NCBI GenBank assembly: GCA_964373045.1
Contig: CAYJSI010000004.1
Coordinates: 194 to 64,193 of the forward strand
From: an uncultured bacterium
GTDB lineage: Bacteria > Omnitrophota > Omnitrophia > Omnitrophales > Aquincolibacteriaceae
Length of the DNA stretch: 64,000 nt
Direction: 5' to 3'
The notes beneath the pieces are model-generated. The model had not been told where the DNA came from. It was given only the letters and a program-made list of their open reading frames with translations, and made no database searches. The translations under genes were made by a program, and so were the position numbers. Positions 39,242 to 48,376 of the stretch are shown piece after piece. How positions within the stretch are numbered: the stretch's first letter is position 1; each line of letters opens with the position of its first letter.

Positions 39242-39790
39242 GTGACTCAAACCGATTTTGATTCGCTCAACAATCTCTCGCCCGGGCAGCATCGCTACCA
39301 ATTTTATAAATCAGAAGACGATTACGTGGAAAGCATGAGCCGCTTTTTCCGGGCAGGTCTTGAAAAAGGAGATGCCTGTCTCTGGCTCGCTTCCGAAAAA
39401 ATGGGTTTGGAGCGAATCTCCGGTCTCCTAGAAACTCTCATCCCGAACTTTCTTTTTTACCTGAGTGCCGGCCAGTTTCAGATTCGCTCGGCTGAAGAGT
39501 GGTACCTGCGGGACGGTTATTTCTCGGAAGAGCAGGCGCTGGCCAATGCGGCAAATTACATGGAATACGTTCAAAAAATAGGTTTCAATCGATTGCGCGG
39601 GGCGGGAGACGCAAGCGCCATTCCCCGCGCCGAATGGCCCAAATTAAAATCGTACGAAAAGAAAGTCGATGAAATAATCAAATCCTCGCCCATCATGGCC
39701 GTCTGCGCCTATCCCATTTTGGAATGCACGCTTCAAGACACCAAGATGGTGCTGGACTGCCATGACGGTGTGCTGAGCGGAAAGCTGTAA
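39242..39790 (+). CDS. MEDS-domain-like sensory protein
   Basis: N-terminal HRYQFYKSEDDY ... ACLWLA resembles the MEDS/DcmR domain. GTG start with an AAAGGAGG RBS. Confidence 0.5.
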   Translation: MTQTDFDSLNNLSPGQHRYQFYKSEDDYVESMSRFFRAGLEKGDACLWLASEKMGLERISGLLETLIPNFLFYLSAGQFQIRSAEEWYLRDGYFSEEQALANAANYMEYVQKIGFNRLRGAGDASAIPRAEWPKLKSYEKKVDEIIKSSPIMAVCAYPILECTLQDTKMVLDCHDGVLSGKL

Positions 39791-39834
39791 CCCTTTTTCT
39801 TTTCCCACTTCTTCCTTCAACCTTCCTTCCTTTA

Positions 39835-41040
39835 TTGTTACAATACGCGCCTATGTTTTGGCTTAAATGTTTCCTCATTCTTTCTGTTTCCTTTTGGCCT
39901 TTGGGGGGTTCCGAGGAAACGAAGGGTGGCCCTCCGAAGAAGACTTCGCTGGATCTTCCGCGCAACCCGTCTGATTTTAATTCCATCCGCATCTTGCTTG
40001 CCAAGGGACTCTCGCAGATTTCTGTTTCCACTCGCTCGCCCTACGTCTTAACGGACCCAGTGGGAAGAACGCTTTTAAATGGTGATGGGATTGCGGGGAC
40101 TCAGATTCGCTCCGGGGCGGCGGGGATTCAGTTCGGTGGTCAAACCTTTGGAGACAACCCGCTTCGCATCGAGAGCCAGGGAGAGGGGATCAAAGTCGAT
40201 AGCCGTCTTTATCGGGAAACGATTGAGATTTGGCAGGAGGCGAACGGCAAACTTTCCTTAATTAACGAGATTTTAATCGAAGACTATCTTAAAGGAGTCC
40301 TCCCCTGGGAGGCCAATCCGAAGTGGTCCTCCGAGGCCCTGATGGCCCAGGCCATCGCGGCCCGGACCTACGCGCTTTTCAAGGCCATCGAAAACCGAAA
40401 CGAGCGCTTTACCCTCTCCAAAGATGTTCTGAGTCAAGTTTATGGGGGAAAGAGTTCTGAAAAATCGGCGACCTCGCAAGCGGTAGATCTTACGCGCGGA
40501 CAAATCCTGACCTTTAAGGGGAAAATTTTCCCCGCCTATTTCCACTCCACCTGCGGCGGGGCCACTACACGGGCAGAATATATTTGGAAGGTAGAGCCAC
40601 ACCCCTCGCTTGAAGGAGTGGCCTGCAATTTTTGCCGTCCCTCCAAGCATTATCGCTGGGAGGCTACTTTTTCGGCTTTTGATATCGAAGCGAAACTAAA
40701 AAAACAGGGTTTTTCCATCTCGGGTATTCGGGATGTTTTTCTGCGTGACAAAGACGCCACGGGCCGGGTTCGCGAGATTGACATTGAGCATTCCAAAGGA
40801 AAAACTCAATTTCAATCCAACGATTTTCGCCTTTGGCTGGATCCCGGGCGCCTCAAGAGCACGTTAATCCCATCGATCGAAAGAGAGGGAGACCGATATC
40901 ATTTTCGCGGTCGGGGATGGGGACATGGAGTGGGTCTTTGCCAATATGGGATGAAAGAATTGGCGGATCTCGGATATTCCCACGAACAAATTTTGCTGTA
41001 CTATTATCCCGGTGCTCAGATTACCAATCTCAACGAGTAA
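39835..41040 (+). CDS. SpoIID/LytB-domain protein (peptidoglycan amidase enhancer/lytic transglycosylase-like)
   Basis: SpoIID core motifs (MAQAIAARTYA, FHSTCGGAT) and a signal peptide. Confidence 0.75.
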   Translation: MLQYAPMFWLKCFLILSVSFWPLGGSEETKGGPPKKTSLDLPRNPSDFNSIRILLAKGLSQISVSTRSPYVLTDPVGRTLLNGDGIAGTQIRSGAAGIQFGGQTFGDNPLRIESQGEGIKVDSRLYRETIEIWQEANGKLSLINEILIEDYLKGVLPWEANPKWSSEALMAQAIAARTYALFKAIENRNERFTLSKDVLSQVYGGKSSEKSATSQAVDLTRGQILTFKGKIFPAYFHSTCGGATTRAEYIWKVEPHPSLEGVACNFCRPSKHYRWEATFSAFDIEAKLKKQGFSISGIRDVFLRDKDATGRVREIDIEHSKGKTQFQSNDFRLWLDPGRLKSTLIPSIEREGDRYHFRGRGWGHGVGLCQYGMKELADLGYSHEQILLYYYPGAQITNLNE

Positions 41041-41131
41041 AAGCTTCTTGCGCCCGTAGCTCCCGCCACAAATCATGGCGGGCAGGCAATTGGAACAATC
41101 CAATCTCGCTACGGGCACTGAAAAAGATTAC

Positions 41132-41205
41132 GCGCCCGTAGCTCAATTGGATAGAGCGTCACCCTCCGAAGGTGAAGGTTACGTGTTCAACTCACGTCGG
41201 GCGCA
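41132..41205 (+). tRNA. tRNA-Arg (anticodon CCG)
   Basis: Cloverleaf read by hand: acceptor GCGCCCG/CGGGCGC, D-arm GCTC/GAGC, anticodon stem TCACC/GGTGA with loop CTCCGAA, T-arm ACGTG/CACGT with TTCAACT, discriminator A. CCA is not encoded. Confidence 0.85.
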
Positions 41206-41220
41206 TTCTCAATAAAGATC

Positions 41221-42357
41221 ATGAATTTATCCGATTTTGATTTTAAACTTCCCGAAGGGCGTATCGCGGTTTTCCCGCCCGAAGATCGAGCCAGCGCCCG
41301 TCTCCTCAGAGTCGACAAACAGTCAGGAACTATTTCGCACCACGTTTTCCGCGACCTTCCTCAATTTCTTCAAGCCGGAGATCTGCTTGTGCTGAATGAT
41401 ACGAAAGTGATTCCCGCAAGAATTTTCGGCCAAAAAGAGACCGGAGGCCGGGTGGAGGCCCTCCTCCTTGAGGATTTGGGAGAAGGGAAGTGGGAAGCCT
41501 TGCTCCGTTCCGGAGGACGAATTAAAAAAAATTCGATGCTCGCTTTTGGAGAAAACGGCCTGAGGGTTGAGGCCGAGGTTTTAGATGACGCAAGGCCGGA
41601 TTCAGGGGAACGCCTTTTGGATTTCAATGTAGGGGCCGATCTGCGCCCGCCCACCGGCGAGGCGGGTGTCGGCCCGCATACGGGCGGACACATGGGTCCG
41701 TCCCTACGACAAATTTTTAAAAAAATCGGGCATATACCCCTGCCGCCCTACATCGACCGCCCGGATTCTCCGATCGATCGGAAAATGTACCAAACGGTTT
41801 TTGCTGAAAAAGAGGGGGCGGTAGCATCGCCCACCGCCGGTCTTCATTTTGATGAAAAACTTCTCGATAAGATTCGAGCCAAAGGAATCGAAATAGCTTT
41901 TGTCACACTTCACGTCAGTTACGGGACGTTTCAGCCCATTGCAGTCGAAAATTTAGCCGAGCACAAAATGTTTGAAGAACGATTTGAAATCACTGCCGAA
42001 ACTGCCGGCCAAATCAACCGTGCCTTGAGCGAAAAGCGGCGAATCATTGCTTGCGGGACTACGGTGGTAAGGGTATTAGAGTCTGCCTGTAGGGGCGCGG
42101 TCCCCGCGCCCGGGACTCAGGGCGGGGGAACTTTACCCCTGCAACCCATGAAGGGCAGGACCCGGCTTTTTATTTATCCTCCCTATGAATTTAAAATCGT
42201 GCAGGGGCTGATTACCAATTTTCATCTGCCCAAAAGTTCTCTTCTGCTTTTGGTGAGCGCGTTCTTGGGCCGCCAAAAATTATTAAATGCCTATGACGAA
42301 GCGATCCGTGAAGGATATCGTTTTTATAGTTACGGGGATGCGATGGTGATCTTGTGA
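41221..42357 (+). CDS. queA: S-adenosylmethionine:tRNA ribosyltransferase-isomerase QueA, carrying two in-frame palindromic-element insertions
   Basis: Collinear with E. coli QueA (GHIPLPPYIDRPD, TAGLHFDE, TNFHLP, YRFYSYGDAM). It is about 25-30 aa longer, with the extra residues at 41629-41707 and 42089-42146. Confidence 0.9.
   Translation: MNLSDFDFKLPEGRIAVFPPEDRASARLLRVDKQSGTISHHVFRDLPQFLQAGDLLVLNDTKVIPARIFGQKETGGRVEALLLEDLGEGKWEALLRSGGRIKKNSMLAFGENGLRVEAEVLDDARPDSGERLLDFNVGADLRPPTGEAGVGPHTGGHMGPSLRQIFKKIGHIPLPPYIDRPDSPIDRKMYQTVFAEKEGAVASPTAGLHFDEKLLDKIRAKGIEIAFVTLHVSYGTFQPIAVENLAEHKMFEERFEITAETAGQINRALSEKRRIIACGTTVVRVLESACRGAVPAPGTQGGGTLPLQPMKGRTRLFIYPPYEFKIVQGLITNFHLPKSSLLLLVSAFLGRQKLLNAYDEAIREGYRFYSYGDAMVIL
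41629..41707. repeat. GTAGGGGC-family palindromic element inside queA
   Basis: GTAGGGGCCGATCTGCGCCCGCCCACCGGCGAGGCGGGTGTCGGCCCGCATACGGGCGGACACATGGGTCCGTCCCTAC. Confidence 0.75.
42089..42146. repeat. GTAGGGGC-family palindromic element inside queA (second copy)
   Basis: GTAGGGGCGCGGTCCCCGCGCCC ... CCCCTGCAAC; the end type matches the element at 11812. Confidence 0.65.
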
Positions 42358-43547
42358 AAGTTGAACAAGAAAGACGAGGAAAGAAAGACGATGGACGAAT
42401 CAAGGAGGCGCTCCTCGTCTCTCGTCCGTCATCCTTCGCTTTTTCCATTACCGCTCACGATGCCCACACATCCGCCCGTATCGGCGTGATCAAAACCGCA
42501 CACGGGGTTTTCGAAACCCCTGTTTTCATGCCGGTCGGAACCCAGGGGACCGTGAAGGCCTTGACGCCGCGCGATCTTTTGGACGCGGGCTCCACGATCA
42601 TCCTAGCCAATGCCTATCACCTTTACATTCGACCCGGAATCGATATAATCCGTCAATTCGGCGGCCTGCACCGCTTCATGGGATGGCCCGGCCCCATCTT
42701 GACGGATAGCGGCGGCTATCAGGTTTTTTCTTTGAGCCGCCTCAGGAAAATTTCAGAAGAGGGTGTTCGGTTTCATTCCCATTTTGACGGCCGAGAGATC
42801 TTTCTCAGCCCTGAAAAAGTGATCGAGATTCAGGAAGCCATTGCCAGCGACATCGCCATGGCGTTTGACGAATGTCCGCCGCCGACGCGGGACCGCAAAA
42901 AAATTAAAGAGTCTCTCGAATTAACGCTCCGTTGGTCGAGGCGGGCAAAAAAATGCCACAGGCTTAAAACGCAGGCCTTGTTCGGTATTGTGCAGGGAGG
43001 CATTTTTCCGGATCTACGCCGCGAATCACTCGAGCGAACGGTGGAAATCGGTTTTGACGGCTATGCCTTGGGCGGGCTTTGCGTGGGGGAAGATAAAAAA
43101 GAAACTCTCGAAGTTTTAGACGCGGTTCTGCCCCTTATGCCGAAAGAAGCTCCCCGCTATCTTATGGGGGTGGGAACACCGCTTGATTTTCTCGAGGCTG
43201 TGGAGCGCGGCGCCGATCTGTTTGATTGCGTCAATCCCACTCGCTACGGAAGAACGGGGAGTGCCTTTAGCGCGGAAGGTTTGGTCGTGGTTCGCAATGC
43301 CAAATATCAGAAAGACGAAGACCCAATCGCTCAGGATTGCGGCTGTTACACCTGCCGCCATTTTTCCAGAAGTTACCTCCGCCACCTTTTCAATACGGAG
43401 GAGATGCTGGGTCCGCAGCTTGTTTCGCTGCATAATATCCATTTCTTTGTGAATTTTTTGAAAACGATTCGCGAGAAAATTCTGGACGGCAGCTTTCTTA
43501 AATTTAAAAAGGATTTTTTCAACCAGTTTGACCCGGAAGGCCGGTAA
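42354..43547 (+). CDS. tgt: queuine tRNA-ribosyltransferase
   Basis: FMPVGT and LTDSGG motifs. Zn site CxCxxC ... H. GTG start overlapping the queA stop. Confidence 0.9.
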   Translation: MKVEQERRGKKDDGRIKEALLVSRPSSFAFSITAHDAHTSARIGVIKTAHGVFETPVFMPVGTQGTVKALTPRDLLDAGSTIILANAYHLYIRPGIDIIRQFGGLHRFMGWPGPILTDSGGYQVFSLSRLRKISEEGVRFHSHFDGREIFLSPEKVIEIQEAIASDIAMAFDECPPPTRDRKKIKESLELTLRWSRRAKKCHRLKTQALFGIVQGGIFPDLRRESLERTVEIGFDGYALGGLCVGEDKKETLEVLDAVLPLMPKEAPRYLMGVGTPLDFLEAVERGADLFDCVNPTRYGRTGSAFSAEGLVVVRNAKYQKDEDPIAQDCGCYTCRHFSRSYLRHLFNTEEMLGPQLVSLHNIHFFVNFLKTIREKILDGSFLKFKKDFFNQFDPEGR

Positions 43548-43559
43548 AGGAGTATTCTT

Positions 43560-43871
43560 ATGTTTGAAAAAGTAGCGTACGCAGCAGACACTCAAGCCGC
43601 CGCCCCCATGAATCCCTTCATGAATTTCCTGCCGTTTGTGCTTGTTTTCTTTATCTTTTATTTTTTGATGATTCGTCCCCAGCAGAAGCGCCAGCAGGAG
43701 CTTCAAAAAATGGTGCAAGATCTTAAAAAAGGGGATCGTATTGTCACGGCGGGAGGCATTATCGGTTCGGTCACGAGCGTTCAAAATGATTATGTTGTGA
43801 TCAAAGTGGGCGATAACGAAAATATGAAGATGGAAATTCTAAAAAGCGCCATTACCGGATTAAGACAATAA
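43560..43871 (+). CDS. yajC: preprotein translocase subunit YajC
   Basis: Single TM helix followed by MIRPQQKRQ. Lies between tgt and secD as in many genomes. Confidence 0.88.
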   Translation: MFEKVAYAADTQAAAPMNPFMNFLPFVLVFFIFYFLMIRPQQKRQQELQKMVQDLKKGDRIVTAGGIIGSVTSVQNDYVVIKVGDNENMKMEILKSAITGLRQ

Positions 43872-43886
43872 AATCAAAGGGGAATC

Positions 43887-46058
43887 ATGGACAAATTCTA
43901 TAAGTGGAAGGTCCTACTGATCATTGCGGCCGTAGCTTTCTCCATCTGGCGGGCCTACCCTCCTCAGGAGAAAATCAATCTCGGTCTTGACCTGCAAGGC
44001 GGCATGCAGCTTTTGCTTGAGATTGATACTCAGAGTATTTCTGAGGAGGCCAAAGAGGACGCGACCGAGCGGGTTGTAGAAATCATCCGCAATCGTATCG
44101 ATGAATTAGGAGTTCGCGAACCTGTGATCACGAAGCAGGGAAGCATCCATGTCGTGGTCCAGCTTCCCGGCGTCACGGATCGTGAACGCGCCAAAGAAAT
44201 TGTCGGCAAAACCGCCCACCTTGAATTCAAACTGGTTTCTGAAAGTACGGATCTCATTAAAAAAGCCGAAGAGGGCGCCGTCCCTGAGGGTTTCGAATAT
44301 AAAGAAATGAAGGGCGAGCTTGGGACGACCTCCGTTCTGATGGCAAAAGAGAGCGTTGTCACGGGAGATCATCTGACCACGGCCTCTGTGGGCTTCGATC
44401 AGTACGGACAGTCCATCGTCCAGCTTCAGTTTGATAAGGAAGGTGCCAAGCTCTTTGAAAAGGCGACTTACGAAAATATCGGCAAACAACTGGCCATTGT
44501 GCTTGATGGTAAGGTGCATTCGGCCCCTGTGATCCGGGACCGGATTCCGAATGGTCAGGCGCAGATCTCGGGCAATTTTACTCCCGAGGATGCAAGCGAT
44601 CTCGCCCTGGTGCTCCGTGCCGGCGCCCTGCCTGCTCCCGTTCACATCGTCGAAGAAAGAACGGTGGGACCCAGCCTCGGCCGCGATTCCATTGAAAAGG
44701 GCGTCAAGTCAGGCCTTGCGGGAACGGTTCTTGTTTTTCTTTCCATGCCACTTTATTACCTGCTTGCCGGGTTCATCTCAAGTCTTGGGCTCATCGTTTA
44801 TGTAGTGGTCGTGATCGGCGCCCTGGCGGCCTTTCAGGCGTCCCTTACGCTCCCCGGTATTGCCGGCTTCATTCTTTCCGTCGGCATGGCTGTCGACGCC
44901 AACGTCCTCATTTTTGAACGTATGCGCGAAGAATTGCAAACGGGGAAAACGCCCCGCGCTGCCATCTCAGCGGGGTATCACAAGGCCTTTGCCGCGATCC
45001 TGGATTCCAACATCACAACGCTCATAACCTCCGTGTTGCTTTTTATCTTCGGCACGGGTCCGGTCAAAGGTTTTGCCGTCACGCTTACCATTGGTATTCT
45101 GGCCAGCATGTTTTCGGCGCTTCTTGTTACGCGCGTCATTTTTGATTTTTTCGCGAGCCGCAATCCCCATCTCAACCTTAAAATGTTTCAACTCATCCAT
45201 GCCACGCACATCCCGTTTTTGCGCGGCCGTTTCCTCGCTTACGGGTTTTCCCTTCTTGCAGTCGGACTCGGGATCACTTCGTTTGTGATGCGCGGACAGC
45301 AGAACTTTGGCGTGGAATTCACGGGGGGCACGCTGGTCCAGGTGCAATTCCAAAAACCCATTGAAGTCGGCGCACTTCGTAAGGCCATCGAAAACAAAAA
45401 AATCACCGGCGCCTCCATTCAGCACTACGGAGAAGATGCGGAAAATCAATACATCATTAAAACGGCCGAGAAGGATTCCAAAATCATCGAAGAAGCGGCG
45501 CGGGATGCGGCTCCCGAAAATTCCTTTCAGGTCCAGCGCGTTGACCAGGTGGGACCGGCGGTCAGCGGCGGCCTTAGAGAAAAAGCCCTTTTGGCTGTTT
45601 TTTGGTCCTGCATCGGGATTTTGGTGTACCTGGGGTGGCGTTTTGAGTGGAAGTTTGCGCTGGCGGCCGTTGCCGCGCTCCTTCACGACACGCTCTTTAC
45701 CTTTGGGGTTTATGCCCTAAGCGGCCGCGAGATCAATCTTCCGATTGTGGCCGCAATCCTCACCATCATGGGTTATTCGGTGAATGATACCATCGTGACT
45801 TTTGATCGGGTGCGGGATAATCTCAAACTGATGCGCAAAACCCCTTTTTCCCAGATCGTGGAGACGAGCATCAACCAGACCTTAAGCCGGACCCTTCTCA
45901 CAAGCTTTACGGTTTTAGTCGCGACCGCGGCCCTTTTCTTTTTTGGCGGCAGCGGAATCAATGATTTTGCCTTTTGTCTTTTGGTTGGATTTTCAATCGG
46001 AATTTACTCGACTGTCTTTGTGGCCTCCGCCCTCGTGGTGGATTGGAAGGCGCATTGA
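43887..46058 (+). CDS. secDF: protein-export membrane protein, fused SecD-SecF
   Basis: 723 aa with two 6-TM bundles and a periplasmic domain. Both the SecD and SecF signatures are present. Confidence 0.9.
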   Translation: MDKFYKWKVLLIIAAVAFSIWRAYPPQEKINLGLDLQGGMQLLLEIDTQSISEEAKEDATERVVEIIRNRIDELGVREPVITKQGSIHVVVQLPGVTDRERAKEIVGKTAHLEFKLVSESTDLIKKAEEGAVPEGFEYKEMKGELGTTSVLMAKESVVTGDHLTTASVGFDQYGQSIVQLQFDKEGAKLFEKATYENIGKQLAIVLDGKVHSAPVIRDRIPNGQAQISGNFTPEDASDLALVLRAGALPAPVHIVEERTVGPSLGRDSIEKGVKSGLAGTVLVFLSMPLYYLLAGFISSLGLIVYVVVVIGALAAFQASLTLPGIAGFILSVGMAVDANVLIFERMREELQTGKTPRAAISAGYHKAFAAILDSNITTLITSVLLFIFGTGPVKGFAVTLTIGILASMFSALLVTRVIFDFFASRNPHLNLKMFQLIHATHIPFLRGRFLAYGFSLLAVGLGITSFVMRGQQNFGVEFTGGTLVQVQFQKPIEVGALRKAIENKKITGASIQHYGEDAENQYIIKTAEKDSKIIEEAARDAAPENSFQVQRVDQVGPAVSGGLREKALLAVFWSCIGILVYLGWRFEWKFALAAVAALLHDTLFTFGVYALSGREINLPIVAAILTIMGYSVNDTIVTFDRVRDNLKLMRKTPFSQIVETSINQTLSRTLLTSFTVLVATAALFFFGGSGINDFAFCLLVGFSIGIYSTVFVASALVVDWKAH

Positions 46059-47704
46059 GGGTCGCCCCCGCCATCGAAATCTCGCCTCTTTTTTCCCGCC
46101 TATTGGCCAAGCGTGGGCTGATCGACCCCCTCGAAATTGATACCTTCCTGCGATCTGATTTAAAAGACCTCGAAGATCCCTTCCTGATGAAGGGGATGAA
46201 AGAGGCCGTTTTACGCATTCAAGAAGCCCTTCGCCGCCGCGAAAAAATTATGATCCACGGAGATTACGATGTGGACGGCATCACGGGCGCTGCGATTCTC
46301 ACGAGAACGCTGAATATCCTCGGCGCCGATCACTTTGCCTTTCTCCCCGAACGAACCAAGGATGGTTATGGGGTGAGCGAAGCCGCGCTCCGTGAAGCGC
46401 ACCAGAAAGGTGTGACCCTTGTCATCACCGTTGACTGCGGCATTAGCGCGCGCGAAGAGATTACCGTTGCCCGCTCCCTCGGTCTGGATGTGATTGTGAT
46501 CGACCATCACCGGCTGCCCGCCGAGGGCCTGCCTCCGGCCACGGTGATTTTAAATCCGCTTCAAGAAAATTGCGCCTATCCCTTTAAAGAGCTTTCCGCA
46601 GGCGGACTTGCCTTCAAGCTGAGCCAAGCCCTCGTGGGAGATCGCGCCTTTGCGCTCCTCGATCTTACGGCCCTTTCAACGGTTTGCGATGTGGCGCCGC
46701 TTAAGGGTGAAAATCGGATTTTGGTGAAACATGGTCTCGAGGTTCTCTCGAAGCGGACCAACCCGGGCATCAAGGCCTTGGCTGAAATCGCAGGACTTAA
46801 GAGCCGCGAAATGAATACCGGTCATATTGGATTTGTCCTTGGCCCCCGTATCAATGCCGCAGGCCGGATGAGCTCGGCTGAGATTGCCCTTCGGCTGCTC
46901 TTAACGGATCATATCAAAGAGGCTGAAAGTTTGGCTGCGGTTTTAAATGAGGAAAATAAGACCCGCCAGCGCGAGGAGCGCGAAATGGTGAAGGAGGCCA
47001 TCTGCGAAGTTGAGCGCACGGTCAATTTTAATCGGGATCGCGTGATTGTCGTGGGCCGGGAAGGCTGGCATGCCGGGGTGATTGGGATCGTGGCCTCACG
47101 CCTCGCAGAAAAATACTATCGCCCCGCGGTCGTCGCGGCTTTTGAAAAGGGAATCGGGAAGGCCTCCGGCCGCTCGGTTAAAAATTTTCATCTCTTTCAT
47201 GCCTTCGAGGCCTGCAGGGAAGATCTTGCCGAATTCGGCGGTCACGCTCAGGCCGCAGGGCTTTCGATTCACCAGGAAAAATTTAATTCCTTCCGAACCC
47301 GGATCAATCAACATGCCCGCGAGTATCCGGCCGAAACCTTTATCCGGGAAATCCCTATTGACCTTGAGCTTAAGTTGGAGGATCTGGGCCCCCACTTTAT
47401 CCGGGAGCTTGCGCTCCTTGAGCCGCTCGGCGCCGGCAATCCACGCCCTGTCTTTCTTACCCGCGCTCTTCGCATGAGAACTCAGGGTCAGGGCGGCGCG
47501 TTTGCAAGCACTCCCTCTTCACGTCGATTTTGGGTTACAGACGGCGCTTTAACTTATCAGGCCGAGTGGCGCCCCAAGGAAGGAGAGCAAGGGCGGCTTC
47601 AAAGCGCACCAACGTTTGACTTAATTTATTCGATTAAAACGAGCGTCTGGGACGGCATTGAAAGCCTGACGCTTGAAGTGAAGGAAGTTAAGCCGCAGCT
47701 TTAA
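46055..47704 (+). CDS. recJ: single-stranded-DNA-specific exonuclease RecJ
   Basis: DHH motifs (IHGDYDVDGITG, DHH). DHHA1 domain. C-terminal OB fold. A TTG start overlapping the secDF stop is preferred over the long ORF beginning at 45974. Confidence 0.85.
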   Translation: MRVAPAIEISPLFSRLLAKRGLIDPLEIDTFLRSDLKDLEDPFLMKGMKEAVLRIQEALRRREKIMIHGDYDVDGITGAAILTRTLNILGADHFAFLPERTKDGYGVSEAALREAHQKGVTLVITVDCGISAREEITVARSLGLDVIVIDHHRLPAEGLPPATVILNPLQENCAYPFKELSAGGLAFKLSQALVGDRAFALLDLTALSTVCDVAPLKGENRILVKHGLEVLSKRTNPGIKALAEIAGLKSREMNTGHIGFVLGPRINAAGRMSSAEIALRLLLTDHIKEAESLAAVLNEENKTRQREEREMVKEAICEVERTVNFNRDRVIVVGREGWHAGVIGIVASRLAEKYYRPAVVAAFEKGIGKASGRSVKNFHLFHAFEACREDLAEFGGHAQAAGLSIHQEKFNSFRTRINQHAREYPAETFIREIPIDLELKLEDLGPHFIRELALLEPLGAGNPRPVFLTRALRMRTQGQGGAFASTPSSRRFWVTDGALTYQAEWRPKEGEQGRLQSAPTFDLIYSIKTSVWDGIESLTLEVKEVKPQL

Positions 47705-47951
47705 GTTCAGCTTTTCGGTAGGAGATGGCCTTGGTGACTCGACCCGCCTGAATGCAGCTTGCGCAAACCCAAACACGCCTTACCGTTCCATTCAAAAAAC
47801 GAACCTTGATCCGCTGGAGATTGGGGAAGAAGCGGCGGCGGGTAATCCCGGTCGTTTTTAAACCAACCCCGCCTGTTTTCTTGGGCAAACCGCGCCGTGC
47901 AATGGAGCGGCCGACAATAGGCTTTTTATCGCAGATGGCACAGTGGTTCAT
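47688..47951 (-). CDS. rpmB: 50S ribosomal protein L28
   Basis: C-x-x-x-GK-x-P ... TRRRFFPNLQ is conserved bL28 sequence. Confidence 0.8.
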   Translation of the reverse strand: MNHCAICDKKPIVGRSIARRGLPKKTGGVGLKTTGITRRRFFPNLQRIKVRFLNGTVRRVWVCASCIQAGRVTKAISYRKAELKAAA

Positions 47952-47981
47952 AGGCGGTGCATTATAGGGGTGAGATCCATC

Positions 47982-48010
47982 TTGGCAAGGCCTTTTTTCT
48001 GAGTTATACT
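47982..48010 (+). promoter_or_regulatory. sigma-70-like promoter for the CBM48-glgA operon
   Basis: TTGGCA, a 17-nt spacer, then TATACT. AAGGAGG RBS lies 6 nt before the ATG at 48045. Confidence 0.45.
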
Positions 48011-48044
48011 CACAACCCTCACCGACAAGTTAAGGAGGTCTTCT

Positions 48045-48344
48045 ATGGTGACTAATATCTTCCGCACTGCCCCCAAACCCAAGCTGGGAAGAAAGATCGA
48101 GTTTGAATTCTACGCGCCTCAAACAAAAAAGGTTGAGCTTGCCGCCGCCTTTAATGATTGGAATGCTTCCGAGAGCCCTCTCAAGAAAGATCGGGATGGA
48201 AAATGGAGGATTACAGTGAACCTCCCGCCCGGCCGGTACGAATACCGCTTTCTTGTGGACGGTGATTGGCAAAATGATCAGCGCCCTGTTGAGTGCATTC
48301 CGAATGCCTTTGGCACCTGGAACTGCGTCCTCGAAGTTCAGTAA
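48045..48344 (+). CDS. stand-alone glycogen-binding module (CBM48 / AMPK-beta GBD-like) protein
   Basis: EFEFYAPQTKKVELAAAFNDWN ... GRYEYRFLVDGDW is the CBM48 signature. Confidence 0.75.
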   Translation: MVTNIFRTAPKPKLGRKIEFEFYAPQTKKVELAAAFNDWNASESPLKKDRDGKWRITVNLPPGRYEYRFLVDGDWQNDQRPVECIPNAFGTWNCVLEVQ

Positions 48345-48376
48345 GGACTGATCGTTAGGCCGTTCCCCCTTCTTCC

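Noticed and set aside
41041-41205. Integrated prophage or ICE at the tRNA-Arg gene
   Set aside because: No integrase, no large insertion and no distant direct repeat of the tRNA 3' end. Only an 80-nt hairpin with a 13-nt 5'-end duplicate lies upstream, and the flanking genes (SpoIID-like, queA) are core genes.
45974-46054. recJ start at 45974, which would give an 81-nt overlap with secDF
   Set aside because: The conserved RecJ N-terminus begins after the secDF stop. TTG codons at 46043 and 46055 give a conventional short overlap or junction.
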